DNA from: Bigelowiella natans CCMP2755
Lineage: Eukaryota > Protista > Cercozoa
Reading direction: 5' to 3'
DNA: 64,000 nucleotides
Assembly: GCA_000320545.1 (NCBI GenBank)
Contig: ADNK01000067.1
Coordinates: 38,715-102,714 of the forward strand
Shown here piece by piece: positions 1 through 11,816 of the stretch. The translations under genes and the position numbers were made by a program. Positions within the stretch are counted from its first letter, which is position 1. Each line of letters opens with the position of its first letter. The notes beneath the pieces are model-generated. The model was not told the origin of the DNA. It worked only from the letters and a program-made list of their open reading frames with translations, and ran no database searches.

Positions 1-616
1 GCAACTTCTGCGAATGCACCCATGGCTGCGCCAAGGAAGCCCCCACCCGATTTATTGTCTCCCCCAATTGCTTGGTTGACTTGGTTTGCGATTTGGTTTC
101 CAGGAGGGCCATCACGTTTTTGATGGTCTTTAGAAATAAACACGAAAGGCTCGCTCCTGATGAAGATTGCCTTGTCACCAGAGCAGAGATAGAAATCGAC
201 CTTCCTTTTTTCGTCTTTTATGGTTTTTGATCTATTCTCGTCCCCATCCTTCCAGTGCTCTTGGACCTAAAAAGGAACTCCATATCAGCCAATTTTTATT
301 GTCTCCACTGTCCTTCGTGGATAAACATCAATATAGTTTTACATCACGGTGGTACCTTAAGATGGTAAAATACACACTGTCGGGGTGTTACGGGACAGTT
401 CAGTGGCGTCTGAGTGGTAACCCACCTATGAAGAACACAAAGCTGATCCACCCATTACATGTTCAATGGTATCGAAAGGAGCGAATTGTTGTTTCCTTAC
501 CCGACAACTTTAACGGCCTCGCCCACCTTCGCGTCCCCCACACGTACACACGGGAACGCGTTAAGAACCAAATCCCGTTTTTGGTAATAGTTTAGGCAGC
601 AGTAGCAGTTCCCCAT
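1..616 (-). CDS. Acylated (MGNCYCC) protein with GIDE/MUL1 N-terminal-like domain; 3' part runs off the window
   Basis: Splicing out two short GT-AG introns gives an open frame MGNCYCCLNYYQKRDLVLNAFPCVRVGDAKVGEAVKVVG|WVTTQTPLNCPVTPRQCVFYHLK|VQEHWKDGDENRSKTIKDEKRKVDFYLCSGDKAIFI... The pattern PL.CP.T...CV.Y...VQE....W....V.F.L resembles GIDE domains; MG plus a Cys cluster suggests myristoylation/palmitoylation. Confidence 0.55.
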
Positions 617-1247
617 TGCTATTAGATGCGCGAGCAAAAAGAGATTAGTATCTTCAGTTTCAGCACAATGACACGAAGGTGTTGATCCGCCCCAACCCAA
701 AACATGATTGATTCTCTTCCTGCGGCAAGCACAAATTGTTGTCGCACCTCTCATCACTGGTAGGTGAGATATTTTTGGCTTTTCAAATCTAGAAATCTGC
801 GCGAATGATTGCGCACGTCATTGTGAACCAATGATCAGTTGCATGCGTTTCGCACGCTTTGAACGTCTTGCAACGTGCAGTTCATCGTGCTCGAGTGACC
901 CTCTCGAGTTGCACCCTGCTGCGTGCAAATGCCTGTCTCCCATGTGGTTCTAGCCGGGGATGTTGTGGTGGGCATGAAGTGGACCATCAAGGGGGTTTCA
1001 CATCCCCCGGGTTTTGGTCCGTATCATGCTCGGCGGTTTTGCCCCGGCGTCAGCCGGGAAAATTTTTTCGATTTCACCCAAAAAAATGCAAATTTTGTTC
1101 AAATTCCTCAATGTTTTCTTCAAAAACCATCCACAAAATGTCTAGTGAAATTACTAGCACCGTGTCATTAGCCCTCTGAGAATTCTGAAACTCACACCGT
1201 CCCAACCAACTTCCCCTTCCTTTCCCGTCCACCTCCAACCCACCACA

Positions 1248-1559
1248 ATGGATGAATCCAACTGGGCAATTGACACAGGGAAACATGTTCGTGTGCATTG
1301 GAGGCATGATGGCCAGGTGAAATGTTGGACCTGTGTTGTGGGAAAGCAGAAGGGAGCATCATTCTCTGTGCGTGAGGTGGGAGGTAATTCTTTTCCTTGG
1401 GGCGGTGATGATGAAATCCTTTCGCCCAAACAAGACGAATGGAAATTTGTGAGGCGGACTTGCATCGAAGATGCTGTGAAGGATGCATGCAGTGCCTGTT
1501 CGGATGGTTCTAGAGGGCGTTGTTCACATGAAGCCATGGAGCATGACCCACAGGACATG
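1248..1559 (+). pseudogene. Cargo exon inside the TIR element, Tudor/Agenet-like, apparently TA-hypermutated
   Basis: MDESNWAIDTGKHVRVHWRHDGQVKCWTCVVGK... ends at a GTGAGT donor (1560) followed by a (TG)n intron. No Tyr in 104 codons. Restoring CAY/TGY to TAY gives GKYVRVYWRYDGQVKYW, resembling the Tudor pattern G..V.VYW..D...Y. Confidence 0.45.
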
Positions 1560-1565
1560 GTGAGT

Positions 1566-1600
<35 letters not shown>

Positions 1601-2090
1601 TCTTGACAGCCATCATTTGAACAAACGCATTCGAATCAGAAGGGAGTCGTCACTGAAAACAACAGAAGTGTGGAGGGCATGAGCTTGGACTGGATCGCTC
1701 CTTGTGAATCAAATGAGAGTTGTCACAACCAGAAGGCCAGCAGACCACCTTCAGAATGGCAATTCCCCAGTTTGTTTGCGAAAGATTTGTGTGCAATTTG
1801 TGTTTTGGTTTTGCAATGGTGGGTGTCCGTGTTGTCAGAAGAAAAACAGGAAGCTCAGATGCTTGCATGTCACGTCTCACAAGGCATCAACCAACAGAAA
1901 GAGACGATTGAATCCCCGGAGGACTGCTGATGCAACTTTGAAATCACATTCACATGATCATGGTGGCATGCATTCATCACACAACATCAAAATCGCTTTC
2001 CAATTGTCATCATCAACCACGCACACACACACACACACATGCACACACACACACACACGCACGCACATGTGGAGCTCCAAAGATGCAGTG

Positions 2091-2304
2091 TGCGATGGCA
2101 TGTGACAGCATGCGACAGTCTGCGATGGCACGTGATGGCATGCGACAGTGCGTGTGCGACAACATGTGCGATGGTGTGTGACAGCGTGCGACAGTGTGCG
2201 AGTGTGCGATGGTGTGTGATGGTGTGTGATGGTGTGCGATGGTGTGCGATGGCATGCGATGGCATGCGATGGTGTGCAACAGCATGCGATGGCATGCGAC
2301 AGTC
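2091..2304. repeat. 10-bp-unit minisatellite (about 20 units, consensus TGCGATGGCA) inside the TIR element
   Basis: Units tgcgatggca, tgtgacagca, tgcgacagtc, cgtgatggca, tgcgacagtg, tgtgatggtg and others; variation is almost confined to TG/CA/CG dinucleotide swaps. Confidence 0.9.
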
Positions 2305-2837
2305 GCAAATTGACAGGTCAATGAGCATGCACGCATGATCCAATGTTCAAGTCGTTGATTTGTGTGAATTTTTTGAAAAAGTGAAAAGTTTCGTCATTTT
2401 TTTTTGGTCAAATTCACTTGTTTCACAAACATCATGTCACATCCAGCTTCATTGATTGCCGCATCTGGCCGCTGGGAGGCACACATCGAAAACTCACCAA
2501 AGTCAAAATCACCAAAAAAAGCACTTTTTTGGCGCGGAAACGTTCAATTTTGCGAATTTTGGAGTGGAACTTCTGGAGGTGATGGAGTTGCTGTTGACAC
2601 GGCCTCTGAGCATGTTTTTTTGAGCCAACGCGCAAAGGGGACCCTTTCCGCGGCACCCAAAGTTTTTGCCCTCGATTTTTTTCCTTGAAAATCCACTTTT
2701 TTGCACCCCTTTCTGGACAGTTCTGGACCTTCTCACACGTCCAGAAGTCTTCTGTGGTGCTTCGGAAGAAGTTTGGAGTGGATTCCGAGCATGACACGGA
2801 CCAAAACCCGGGGGAGTGAAACCCCCTTGTGGACCAT

Positions 2838-4000
2838 GAAGGTGTGGTCCATGGGATTGTGCTCTTGGGGGTCGCAGGTGTGGTGTTCTTGCTTGGTGAT
2901 CTCCAAGCATGAGCAAACCATCACGACAGGATTCAGGGATGCGTGATCCTGAAGTTGGCAAACATCAGGCACTGAAAACAATGAAACTAGGAACGGGGGA
3001 GTGGCCACAATGCCATTCTTGATTCCTTTTGGTTTCACTGGATGGTCCTCACTGAAGTTGGTTCGAGGCACTGCGTTTCGTGCACTGCAAGTGTCTTGTT
3101 GCACTTTGGAAATGCAGTCGTTCTTTGTCATTGTTCATTGTTCATTGTTCTGGCGCATGTGGTTTTGATCAACGCTTTCTTCATTGTTCATTGTTCACAC
3201 GATTGCGCCGATGCGGTGATGGGCGGGGGGGTTTCGGTTGCGAGGGTGGCTTTTCCTCCCATCCCTTCACCACATGCCTGTTCACCGGTGGGACAGACAG
3301 ACGTGTCGCCCCAGTGACTTGGTTGCCATTGCATCTGGCTTCGATCACCAGTTTCAGTTGCAACCTGGCCGAGCCGCACTGCGCACAACAGTCACAACCT
3401 GGACACATTCCAACTGTGCCAACAAATGACAGATGGTTCACTTGGCCTTGACTCATCTTCTTTGGCGTCCTTGGACACAGGTAGCCATGGCAACTTCATC
3501 CCTTGATGCGGCTCTGGCGCCTCAGATGGGTTGTTAGCTGGTTTTTGTGTCTCATCACCAACAGGGTGCTGACAAGTCCTCACAACGAGTGTTGTTGAGG
3601 CTCTGCTGCATGCAAACGCCTGTCTCCCATGTGGTTCTGGCGCGTGCAGATTTGATCAACGCTTTGTTCTTTGCACATTGTTCATTGCCAAACAAAGGTT
3701 GTCTTTGTCTGAAAAGCTCAATCCAGGATCAAGCCTTTCTCGACCACGTGCGTGCTGGCGTGTCCTCAATTTGCGTGTCCTGTCCCTCTCGAATGGATCC
3801 ATCTCAAGGAGTTTTCACTCCCGGAAAAAACTTTCCGCATTTCCTCTCGGCCACAATGCTTCGGCCACTGATTGTGACAGTCAGAGACAATTCTCACCAA
3901 AATCAGCAAAACGAAGATGCGGCTCGAAGCCTCGAGAGTCGGTGGGGGAAACGAAGCAAAACTCACAGAGACCTCAAACCAAGTCCGTGCAGATTTTCGT
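2838..4000 (-). pseudogene. Decayed, internally repetitive gene/element interrupted by the TIR element (continues at 923-979)
   Basis: Module TGCAAAYGCCTGTCTCCCATGTGGTTCTRG occurs at both ~924 and ~3611; module TTTGATCAACGCTTT...CATTGTTCATTG at ~3164 and ~3651. Minus-strand frames are Tyr-free and Cys/His-rich. Confidence 0.4.
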
Positions 4001-5754
4001 TGAGATTGGTTGTGGGACGGCACTTCCCCTAGTGACTCTTGAAATACGCGGCACATTGATGATTCCCTGTGTCAATAGATGTAGCATGAAAAGGACCAAA
4101 CATGTTGCACCATGATGCTTCTGTGGGTGGGAAGGTGCTTTTGTGTGCTTGGAGGGTAAGAGCTGGGTGAATGTCATTCACAGACGTGGAATTGAAAATT
4201 TACACAGGGGGGGAAGTAAGCAAAGCTTTCTTTAAGGATGCCTATTCAAGCACCGATGAAGACATGACGGAATGTGTGGTGCAATCCTTTTCGTGTTTGT
4301 GTTTGCATTGAGCAGAATTGACAGGACAGTCCATCGTGTCCTAATTCGCAATTTTGCCTTCGCTGCCTTGTATATTGATTGTATACAATGAAATGATGAT
4401 TTACTCTTAAATCGCATATGTCTTTGACGTTGGTTATCTTTTAGCATCGTACTTGGTTCATGGCCCCATCCGAAGCTAGCATGTTGATGCAGAAATTCAG
4501 CACCTATGCAGGCACTGTGGTCAACGTCCCAAGGAGCGAGCTCTCTTTTACACTCAAACATGTCTTCCATGACCTGAGGAATCTACGCGAGTTTGAAGGG
4601 ATGGCGACAGAAAAGACAAAGAAAACATCCAGTGTTTGCTCCATTTCTTGACAAAAAGGATGTGCAGCTTCATCTGTCGAATGATCATTGACAGCGGCAC
4701 TGGCAGCAACACATGCACGTACATTCTTAGCCACGTACATTTCATATGATATGCACCGTGGTACGCATAGGTTTATTGGCACCTTGTACGTACAGTGATA
4801 ACAGGCACATGGATAGGCACATCGCACACATGCCACACATGCATGTTTTGCACATTTGAATGTTGCAAAGATGGACAAGATGACGTTCCAAAATGCATGC
4901 CGCATGCGACAATGATCGAAGAAAGTGCGATGATTTCTGTATGTGCTATCTTCAATCCCTCTCTCTCTTGAATATTTAGCACCATTCACCGACTAGCCTT
5001 GCTGTCACCTAGATGACACAAAACGCACATGCTGTTCGTGCACACATGAGGTATCTAGGCACATGTGCGGGAGTCTCATGTATGCGGGAGTGATGCATTA
5101 GTTAGCACCCTATCTTAACTTTCGATATGATTGTACTGATTAGCAATTAAGTAAATGTCCACTGCATGATGCACAGGCACTGGATTCAAATTGCCATGGA
5201 TGCTCACTTCGATTCGCATCCAAACCACCATGTGTAGGCTAGTAGGGGCAATACTTGAGAGCCAACAATTGAGTTTGGGTGCTAAGTATTTGATGATTAA
5301 GGTGAGAGGTATCTTTTGTGCGCGTTAGGCCTCGACCCCGCGTTCTTTTGGGTGGATGATTTCCTTTGCGAAATCGGTTCGACGACGTGAAGTCTTCCAG
5401 AGATAAAAGCCCTATTCTGCTCTCCTTCTGAAAGTTTTACATGCAGGACAATATCTTTCTCTCATGGGTTCACCCTACCAGCTCGTATCACCAGACCCTT
5501 TGCATGATCTGGCTGCCTGCCAGCGAACTCTATCAGGCTCTTTCCATCCCGAGCACCACGCGCACAGCTCACAATTCCGGTCACATTCCATCTTTCTCTG
5601 CCGAATCCCCGTCATTCTTACCGTTACTACCGGTAATTATTAGGAAATTCCCGGTACTGTAGTTGTACCAGCCAACATGGCAAGAGTAACGCACGGAGGC
5701 ACTCTCCGCGAGGTCTAGGTCAAGCTCCTACTCATATCCTAACGCTGTCGCGAA

Positions 5755-6153
5755 ATGGCCCCTGGCCTCGCGTCTCCTCGTAGCGCCTTCGGGTGCCTGC
5801 CGTGTCTATCTGTCGGTCTGCTCTGCTTGGGCATTCCATCCGGCGGGGCCGAATCAAGGTTGGACGAGTCTGGTGATTCTAGCTATACGACTGCGGGTGC
5901 CTCGTATTCATCGAGTCTCCAGGCTGGAAACAGCTCTTCGAGCATATATCGATCTCCAACCTATCCTACCGAGTACGGGCCTGTTGTAGGATGGGTGCTG
6001 CCCAATGGGGTATTTGCGTTCCATTCGATTCCATACGCTCAGCCCCCAGTTGGCAGAAATCGGTTCGGATTTATATATTGATTTTTACCTTTGTATCCTC
6101 CCCCCGTCTCTCTCTCTCAATCTCCCAATCTCTCTCTCTCTCTCTCAATCTCC

Positions 6154-6211
<58 letters not shown>

Positions 6212-8595
6212 TTATACATTATATAATATGCCCCTCCCCGCCCCTACCCCTCGAAGATGTCTGTCTCTCATACATCCCCTATCCCCTATCTTTGTATGTT
6301 TGTGTAATAATGTGCTTGTTGGTGTGCACGCTGCTCCTTTATTGCACAACAGCTATTTTCTAATTCGTCAAACCCCCCCCTCCCCTTACCCCCTCTACAG
6401 CTGGACGGATCCTTCGCCCCCCGCTTCATGGACAGAACCTAAGGATGTTACAGCGCTCGCAAACATATGCCCACAGGTATTCTACGGCATGCCTTTATTC
6501 ACACGCACACGATCGTAGTAGGCTAATTTTGACCAATAATTCCAGCCAAAAGATCCAGGCGTCACCCGTGCCGTGGTGGGCAAGGAAGACTGCCTGTATC
6601 TTTACGTTTACACTAGTAGCGGTCCCAATCCAGCGAAGTCTGAGCTCAAGCCTGTGATGCTGTGGGTGCACGGAGGGGGGCTGCAGGTGGGGGATGGGTA
6701 TCTTGGAGATGCTGGGGGACCGAGTGGGTTTTATGATGGCTCGAATCTCGTCAGGGAGTTTGATGTGGTGGTAGTGTCCATCCAATATCGTCTTGGGACC
6801 TTGGGTACTACAATAAGGAGCGAAACTTGCGCGCGACACACGTATACCTGTGCAGATATCCTCAAAAGAAGTTGAACTAGTTACACATATTTTCTCCTGC
6901 TGTTGGGTCTCTTAAAAGCATCACTGATACATCTCAAAAGGTTTTCTTGCTTCGGATCTTTTTAAAACGGCTGGAACAACGCCGAGTGGCCAGGCTGCTG
7001 ATGGGTTCTTTACATTACATACACACACCAGCAAAATGGATAGTGCCCATGCAACAGTGCTGCATCGACAACACATAAACACACATCATGCTTGCATGCA
7101 GGTATGGAAACTTCGGTTTCAAAGACCAGCGATACGCCATGCAGTGGGTGCAGAGAAACATCCAAGGATTTGGAGGAGACCCAAATCGTGTCATGCTTTT
7201 TGGTGAATCTGCTGGTGGAATTAGCATGTGCTATCACCTCACCTCTCCTGCGAGTGCTGGGCTCTTCCAGGCCATCACAATGGAGTCGGGAAGCTGCTAC
7301 ATGCAGGTGGAAATAATGCCCATGCATCTCTAATTTGGGTCTTTCCTATGTTGATATCGTTTATCCTCATCGATACACCAGATTCAAAACATGAGCAGCG
7401 GATGGGAAATGGCCGAGTCAATTGCAGGGCTCGCGGGCTGCCCAGTCGGGCCAACTGTCGCAGCGAATGACACCAGAGATTGTTTGCTAAATGCGCCATT
7501 ACGCGATCTTGTATATCCAATGGGGGACGAGAAGGCTGCTCTTCCTGGAAGCAATTATTGGGCAGCTCCCGATTGGCCGTGGTGCATGACAGTTGACGGC
7601 ACAACGGAGGTCGTAGTAGAAATAATCATGTGTTTCCAAGATGATAAAACGGAATTCATGTTATTTACGCACGCTCGCACACACACACACACATACACAC
7701 ACACACACACACACGCACACACACATAGAACTACACACTTGTATACCGCACCATCAGCAAATGGTAAGATACCGTAGACACACACACGCAGTGTACGCCG
7801 CTCGTTAATAAATACACGCCCCATGCACATTTGTACCAGGGATTGGTTTCGCCCCCTCACGTGCTCTTGAGCGAAGGAAGTTTTTCGCGAGTTCCTACAA
7901 TATTTGGCACCAATACCAACGAATTTAATTGTGACTGTGACGTTACCGATCCAGACAAAGATTGCCTCTTCGCTGATGGCCTTCCATCGATGATTCCAGG
8001 ATTGAGTCCTCCTTATTCTGATGCAGATGTTGCCACTGTCCTTGGGCATTTCCTCGGAAAGAGTCTTAGTCAAGCACAGTTTGATGAAGCGCTGGCTATG
8101 TATCCGATTGAGGAATTCAAGTGGAATAACACGGCGCGCATATCAGCAATGCTTGTAGATACGACTGGATGGATTGGGTCTTGTAGCACACAGAAGTCCG
8201 CACAGATGATGCTGGGCCACGGCCATGCTGATATATGGCTGTACCACTTCGCTCGTCTGGGTGAAATGAGGAGGGTGGGGCACTTCTCAGAAGTTGGCTA
8301 CGTCTTCCAGAACTGCTTAGCCTGTGGAACAGACAGTATCACAGATTGCTGCCAAGGTACAAACAATTCAGCTCCGGATCTTGCTCTCTCGAAACTAATG
8401 GGCTCATACTGGTCAACGCATGCTGCAAAGGGCGACCCCAATCGCGTCGGTCTCCCCTTCTGGCCACGCTACAAACACTTTAGCAAACTTGTCATGCGTT
8501 TCGACATCGAATCGACTGTGACCCTTGGGTATAGGGAACTACACTGTGCATTTTGGGATAAAATCTATGGTGGCGAGAGCGGTAGCCATACATGA
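5755..8595 (+). CDS. Secreted type-B carboxylesterase (alpha/beta hydrolase, cholinesterase family), about 7 exons
   Basis: Hydrophobic leader; motifs FHSIPYAQPPVG, EDCLYLYVY, PVMLWVHGGG, VVVSIQYRLG, GNFGFKDQ..AMQWVQRNIQGFGGDPNRVMLFGESAGG (catalytic Ser), GTNTNE (Glu), GHFSEVGYVF (His), W...A.KGDPN; stop at 8593-8595. Confidence 0.93.
6106..6208. repeat. (CT)n intronic microsatellite, representative of dozens of CT/GA, CA/TG, TA, ATC, AGC and TAG runs in introns
   Basis: Directly visible; similar runs at ~13328, 13766, 29720, 42095, 57294, 60560, 62620 and elsewhere. Confidence 0.9.
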
Positions 8596-9299
8596 GTATC
8601 GTAGCATGCATGGGGGTGTTGAGGTCGATTGCATTTTGCAAAAAATGTTGACAATTCATTGAAGGATTCTGATGCGTGCTACTTAAGGCGCGACTCTTCA
8701 ATAGTCCTAGTCCTGTGGCATGCACTTAACATGCAAATCTCGCCGCGCCTACCATGTGCTGTACATGAGTCTAATGCAGCTTTGTGTGTAAATGCAAATG
8801 ATAGTGGACAATTGTGTGAACACATGAGACTATGCTTCTTTGGACAGAGTAATTGACAATGTATTCAATCACACACATTGTACGCACTGCACACTTAATC
8901 GAGCCAGAGTGCGACGCAACTCGTGCCTGTCTAGCTGTGCACGCTAGCACGTACAGAAAACTAGCACGTTGCACAATAAGGCAGCATGGAATAGCTGCAG
9001 CTCAAATATAGCAGCTATCGCAATATGCGCACTACAACACAGAGTAATTTACGATTTCAGTTAAATTTGTTCATACACCTAGCGATTTCCGTTGCAAATT
9101 GAAGACTTGACAGGAATCTCGTGCTAATCACGAATTGGAATCCACCGACCGAATAAATGATGCTATTTGCAGAGTAACTTCTAAATAAATCGTGTAGGAC
9201 GCAATGATATCTCGAACGTTGCTCTTTGTATTAAAGCTGATGAATTTATGTGCCTTTTATCACTCATGAATAAATTTACATTGTTGAATTGCTTTTCTG

Positions 9300-9920
9300 C
9301 TACGATTGGGGTGGGGGTAGAAATTTGTTCCAAAGAGATGGCCTCGAAGGAAAGTCTAGCAATTTATTGTTTTTATCGTCATAATTAGCCTCAAGGCTTT
9401 TGACACGAAGTTCAACGTTTCTGAAGCTGAGCGGGCAAGGATAGTTCCGCAGAAGAAACCGAAGCATTCCTTGAGGGTCTCGTACGGGAGTGGCATTATT
9501 GTCAGAACCCTCCTTTAGATCTATTTCCACTGGAATTTCAGCGTTGTAATAGGAGTAGAAAAAGGTCTCACCACTCTTCTTGTGGACGAAGGGAGATCTG
9601 ATCAACCCGAACCGTGTGTTTTTAGCCCTGTACTGGCGAACTTTGCGGAAACTTGGCACCGAGAGAGAAGCAGGGGGGGAATATTTCTTGTTGGTCTCCT
9701 TGAGCGTACGGCAAAGCCTATAATTGAGCTCCAATGCACGTGTGATTGTCGAGGTGGCCTACATAGCATAGTTGGGTGAGTAAGGACATGTTCCACACTC
9801 CTCCCTCCTCCCTAAAATGCAACGGCAGTACAAAATCCTCGAAATTCTAACTTTCCAAACCTTGTACAGTTCCCTCGGACTATGTGCAGAGAATACCAGC
9901 ATGTACGAAAGCGACGCCAT
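9300..9920 (-). CDS. Ribosomal protein uS10-like, probably mitochondrial
   Basis: MASLSYMLVFSAHSPRELYKVWK|ATSTITRALELNY... (one intron), then TRFGLIRSPFVHKKSGETF, matching the uS10 signature (V/L)RSP(H/F)V.KKS.E.F. Confidence 0.7.
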
Positions 9921-10202
9921 TGTTGAACAACAACGGGGAGTAGTGCTCACGGCTGACTGGTCGACTAATGGGGGGAGGCACTGCGCGACAGCGGGGGGAA
10001 GCGTCTAATACCGGTAATCCCGGGTTTAATCGAGGGCATTGTCGGTCATTACCGGTTTGAATCAGATTGCGCAAATTCGGATTACGACAATAAAAATAGG
10101 TTGTCGCACCGTTAATACACGATTTATTTTTAAACTCTTAGTGCGAACTCCTCGCAAGCACCTCGAGCACAGTCGGCCCCCTCTGGAATACCAGCACACC
10201 AC

Positions 10203-11816
10203 ATGGAGAAGAAGCAGAATGAAAAGGTCTTGAATGAGATCCACATCTTACTTTGCAAAACAAGTCCTGCTTCGCAATGCTTGCATGGCAATAAATCTAC
10301 GGTTTCCCATCCTAGGGGAAGGCTGAGCTCAACATGTCTCTCGGTAACAATATTGGTCGCCTCATATATGAGTATGCGGCTGATTCAGACACGGTGATGA
10401 CAATGACTAAGTTACTGACGACGAGAGATCTTCACAAAATAAAAGAGGTGGACGATGCTTAGATGTTCATTCACATACATACCCCCCCCCCCCACCCACG
10501 CAAAAAAAAAATTACGCAAAATTCACATTTTTACTGCTCATTGTACATGCCATTTAATTCTCCGCAATCGCTCGCAATACAGATCTTTACCACGTTACTT
10601 TTGAAGCAGTCACTCTCTTTTCATGCGATCGGTCTTTTAATCTGTCGCATTAGTCGTACACGCACTGTTAAAGTAAAACTACTGTCGTAGAGGATCACGG
10701 CAGAGATATATGAAAGAGGAATCAAAGAAAATTTGCCTGTATCTCAATCGCTTTTAGATAAAGCTCTAGCTGAATCGAAGGTTGTTGATCTGGGTGCGGG
10801 CCCATACATGTGTACCTGTGGTTGTGGGGACGTTTCGAAAATACCAACATTAAAACAACTCTTGAGCGTATTCATCGACACTAGACCGAGATTTTATTAC
10901 ATGAGAAAATCGATGGGAGGCAGATGTAAAGGTGGTGAGAATTCAATAGAAATAGAAATTTAATTAGGAACCTTTGCAGGCAGAGTGGGCCAAAAAATAT
11001 CAACTAAAAGTTATCGAGGCTGTCAATCACAAGTAAGAAACTGATCTAATTCGTCTTGTTTTCCTGAGTATATTCCTGTGTTTGCATAGTGTGTAGGTGT
11101 TCGCAAATTCAGCATTTCGTCTTTTGCTCGCGTTTTTGTTCGTGTTTCCCGCCTTTACCATGTTGTGCAACATAAAAATGTGTTTTTAGGCTGCCGCAAG
11201 CAGTTGATGATTCAACAGATATCGATACGTTTGACTTTTCCTCGACCAAAGTTACGATTGAGTTTCCAACAAAACCTGAGAGAGCAATGAATTTCTTTGT
11301 CGAAGGTGCATCAGTGCGGATTATTATGTATTATCAAATGTGTGTGTGAACGTGTGTAGCAACAATATCTTTTGAGAGAATTCTATTTAAGATTAGATAG
11401 AAGTTAAATTGTGTTATTTTGTATCGTGTTGACGAATGAGGACGGAAACACGGAATGATTCTTAATTTGTAGGTGTAGAATGGAGATCTATGAATCTCGT
11501 CAATCATGCTGAATTGACAATAGAAAATGAGAGCATCTTATTCACTGACAAATGTGGAAAGAACACCGGCATGGCGGAAAAGGTAAGCGAAGTCATCACA
11601 CCGAAGTGCTATCTGAAGACGATGCTGAGATCGAAGAAACTGGCTGAAATTGGACAACAAATCACCGAGTCGTCCGAATTCATACATGAATTATTCCTAG
11701 TGTTGCAATCAGCAGGAGTGATAATAGAGGGGGACACATTCCATCAATCTCTTTATGATAACACGTTTTTCAAGACTGTAGGAGAATTTCATCCATCACC
11801 TGCAGCCGAACGCTGA
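10203..11816 (+). CDS. Hypothetical protein, multi-exon with short introns
   Basis: MEKKQNEK|GKAELNMSLGNNIGRLIYEYAADSDTVMTMTKLLTTRDLHKIKE|... GT-AG bounded coding-like blocks; last exon ORF 11490-11816. No family recognised. Confidence 0.5.

Larger units (their letters stand above)
988..2829. mobile_element. Non-autonomous TIR DNA transposon (hAT- or P-like: 8-bp TSD, CAAGG terminus), 1842 bp
   Basis: Left TIR 988-1033 CAAGGGGGTTTCACATCCCCCGGGTTTTGGTCCGTATCATGCTCGG. Right TIR 2785-2829 is its reverse complement with one indel and one substitution. A perfect direct repeat TGGACCAT flanks both ends (980-987 and 2830-2837). No transposase ORF inside. Confidence 0.9.
1201..4020. other. TpA-depleted, TG/CA-enriched domain
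   Basis: Hand count finds 5 TA dinucleotides in 2820 bp (at 1385, 1511, 2988, 3482, 3535) and none between 1513 and 2987. CpG remains frequent. Confidence 0.9.

Noticed and set aside
2091-2304. CRISPR-like array
   Set aside because: Contiguous 10-bp units with no unique spacers and no cas genes; it is a minisatellite.
3805-3824. CAAGGAGTTTTCACTCCCGG, resembling the start of the TIR
   Set aside because: No matching inverted end or TSD found in the window; at most a solo end of a related element.
1201-4020. Ordinary 5mCpG deamination or fungal RIP as the cause of TG/CA richness
   Set aside because: Neither removes TpA (RIP creates it), and CpG is still common here. Some CpG decay may contribute but cannot explain the pattern.
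1654-4177. Many overlapping 60-160 aa ORFs on both strands
   Set aside because: An artefact of TA loss (TAA/TAG stops vanish) and simple repeats; not real genes.
5755-8595. Calling the esterase acetylcholinesterase
   Set aside because: Only family-level motifs are present; I could not verify the choline-binding aromatic residues.
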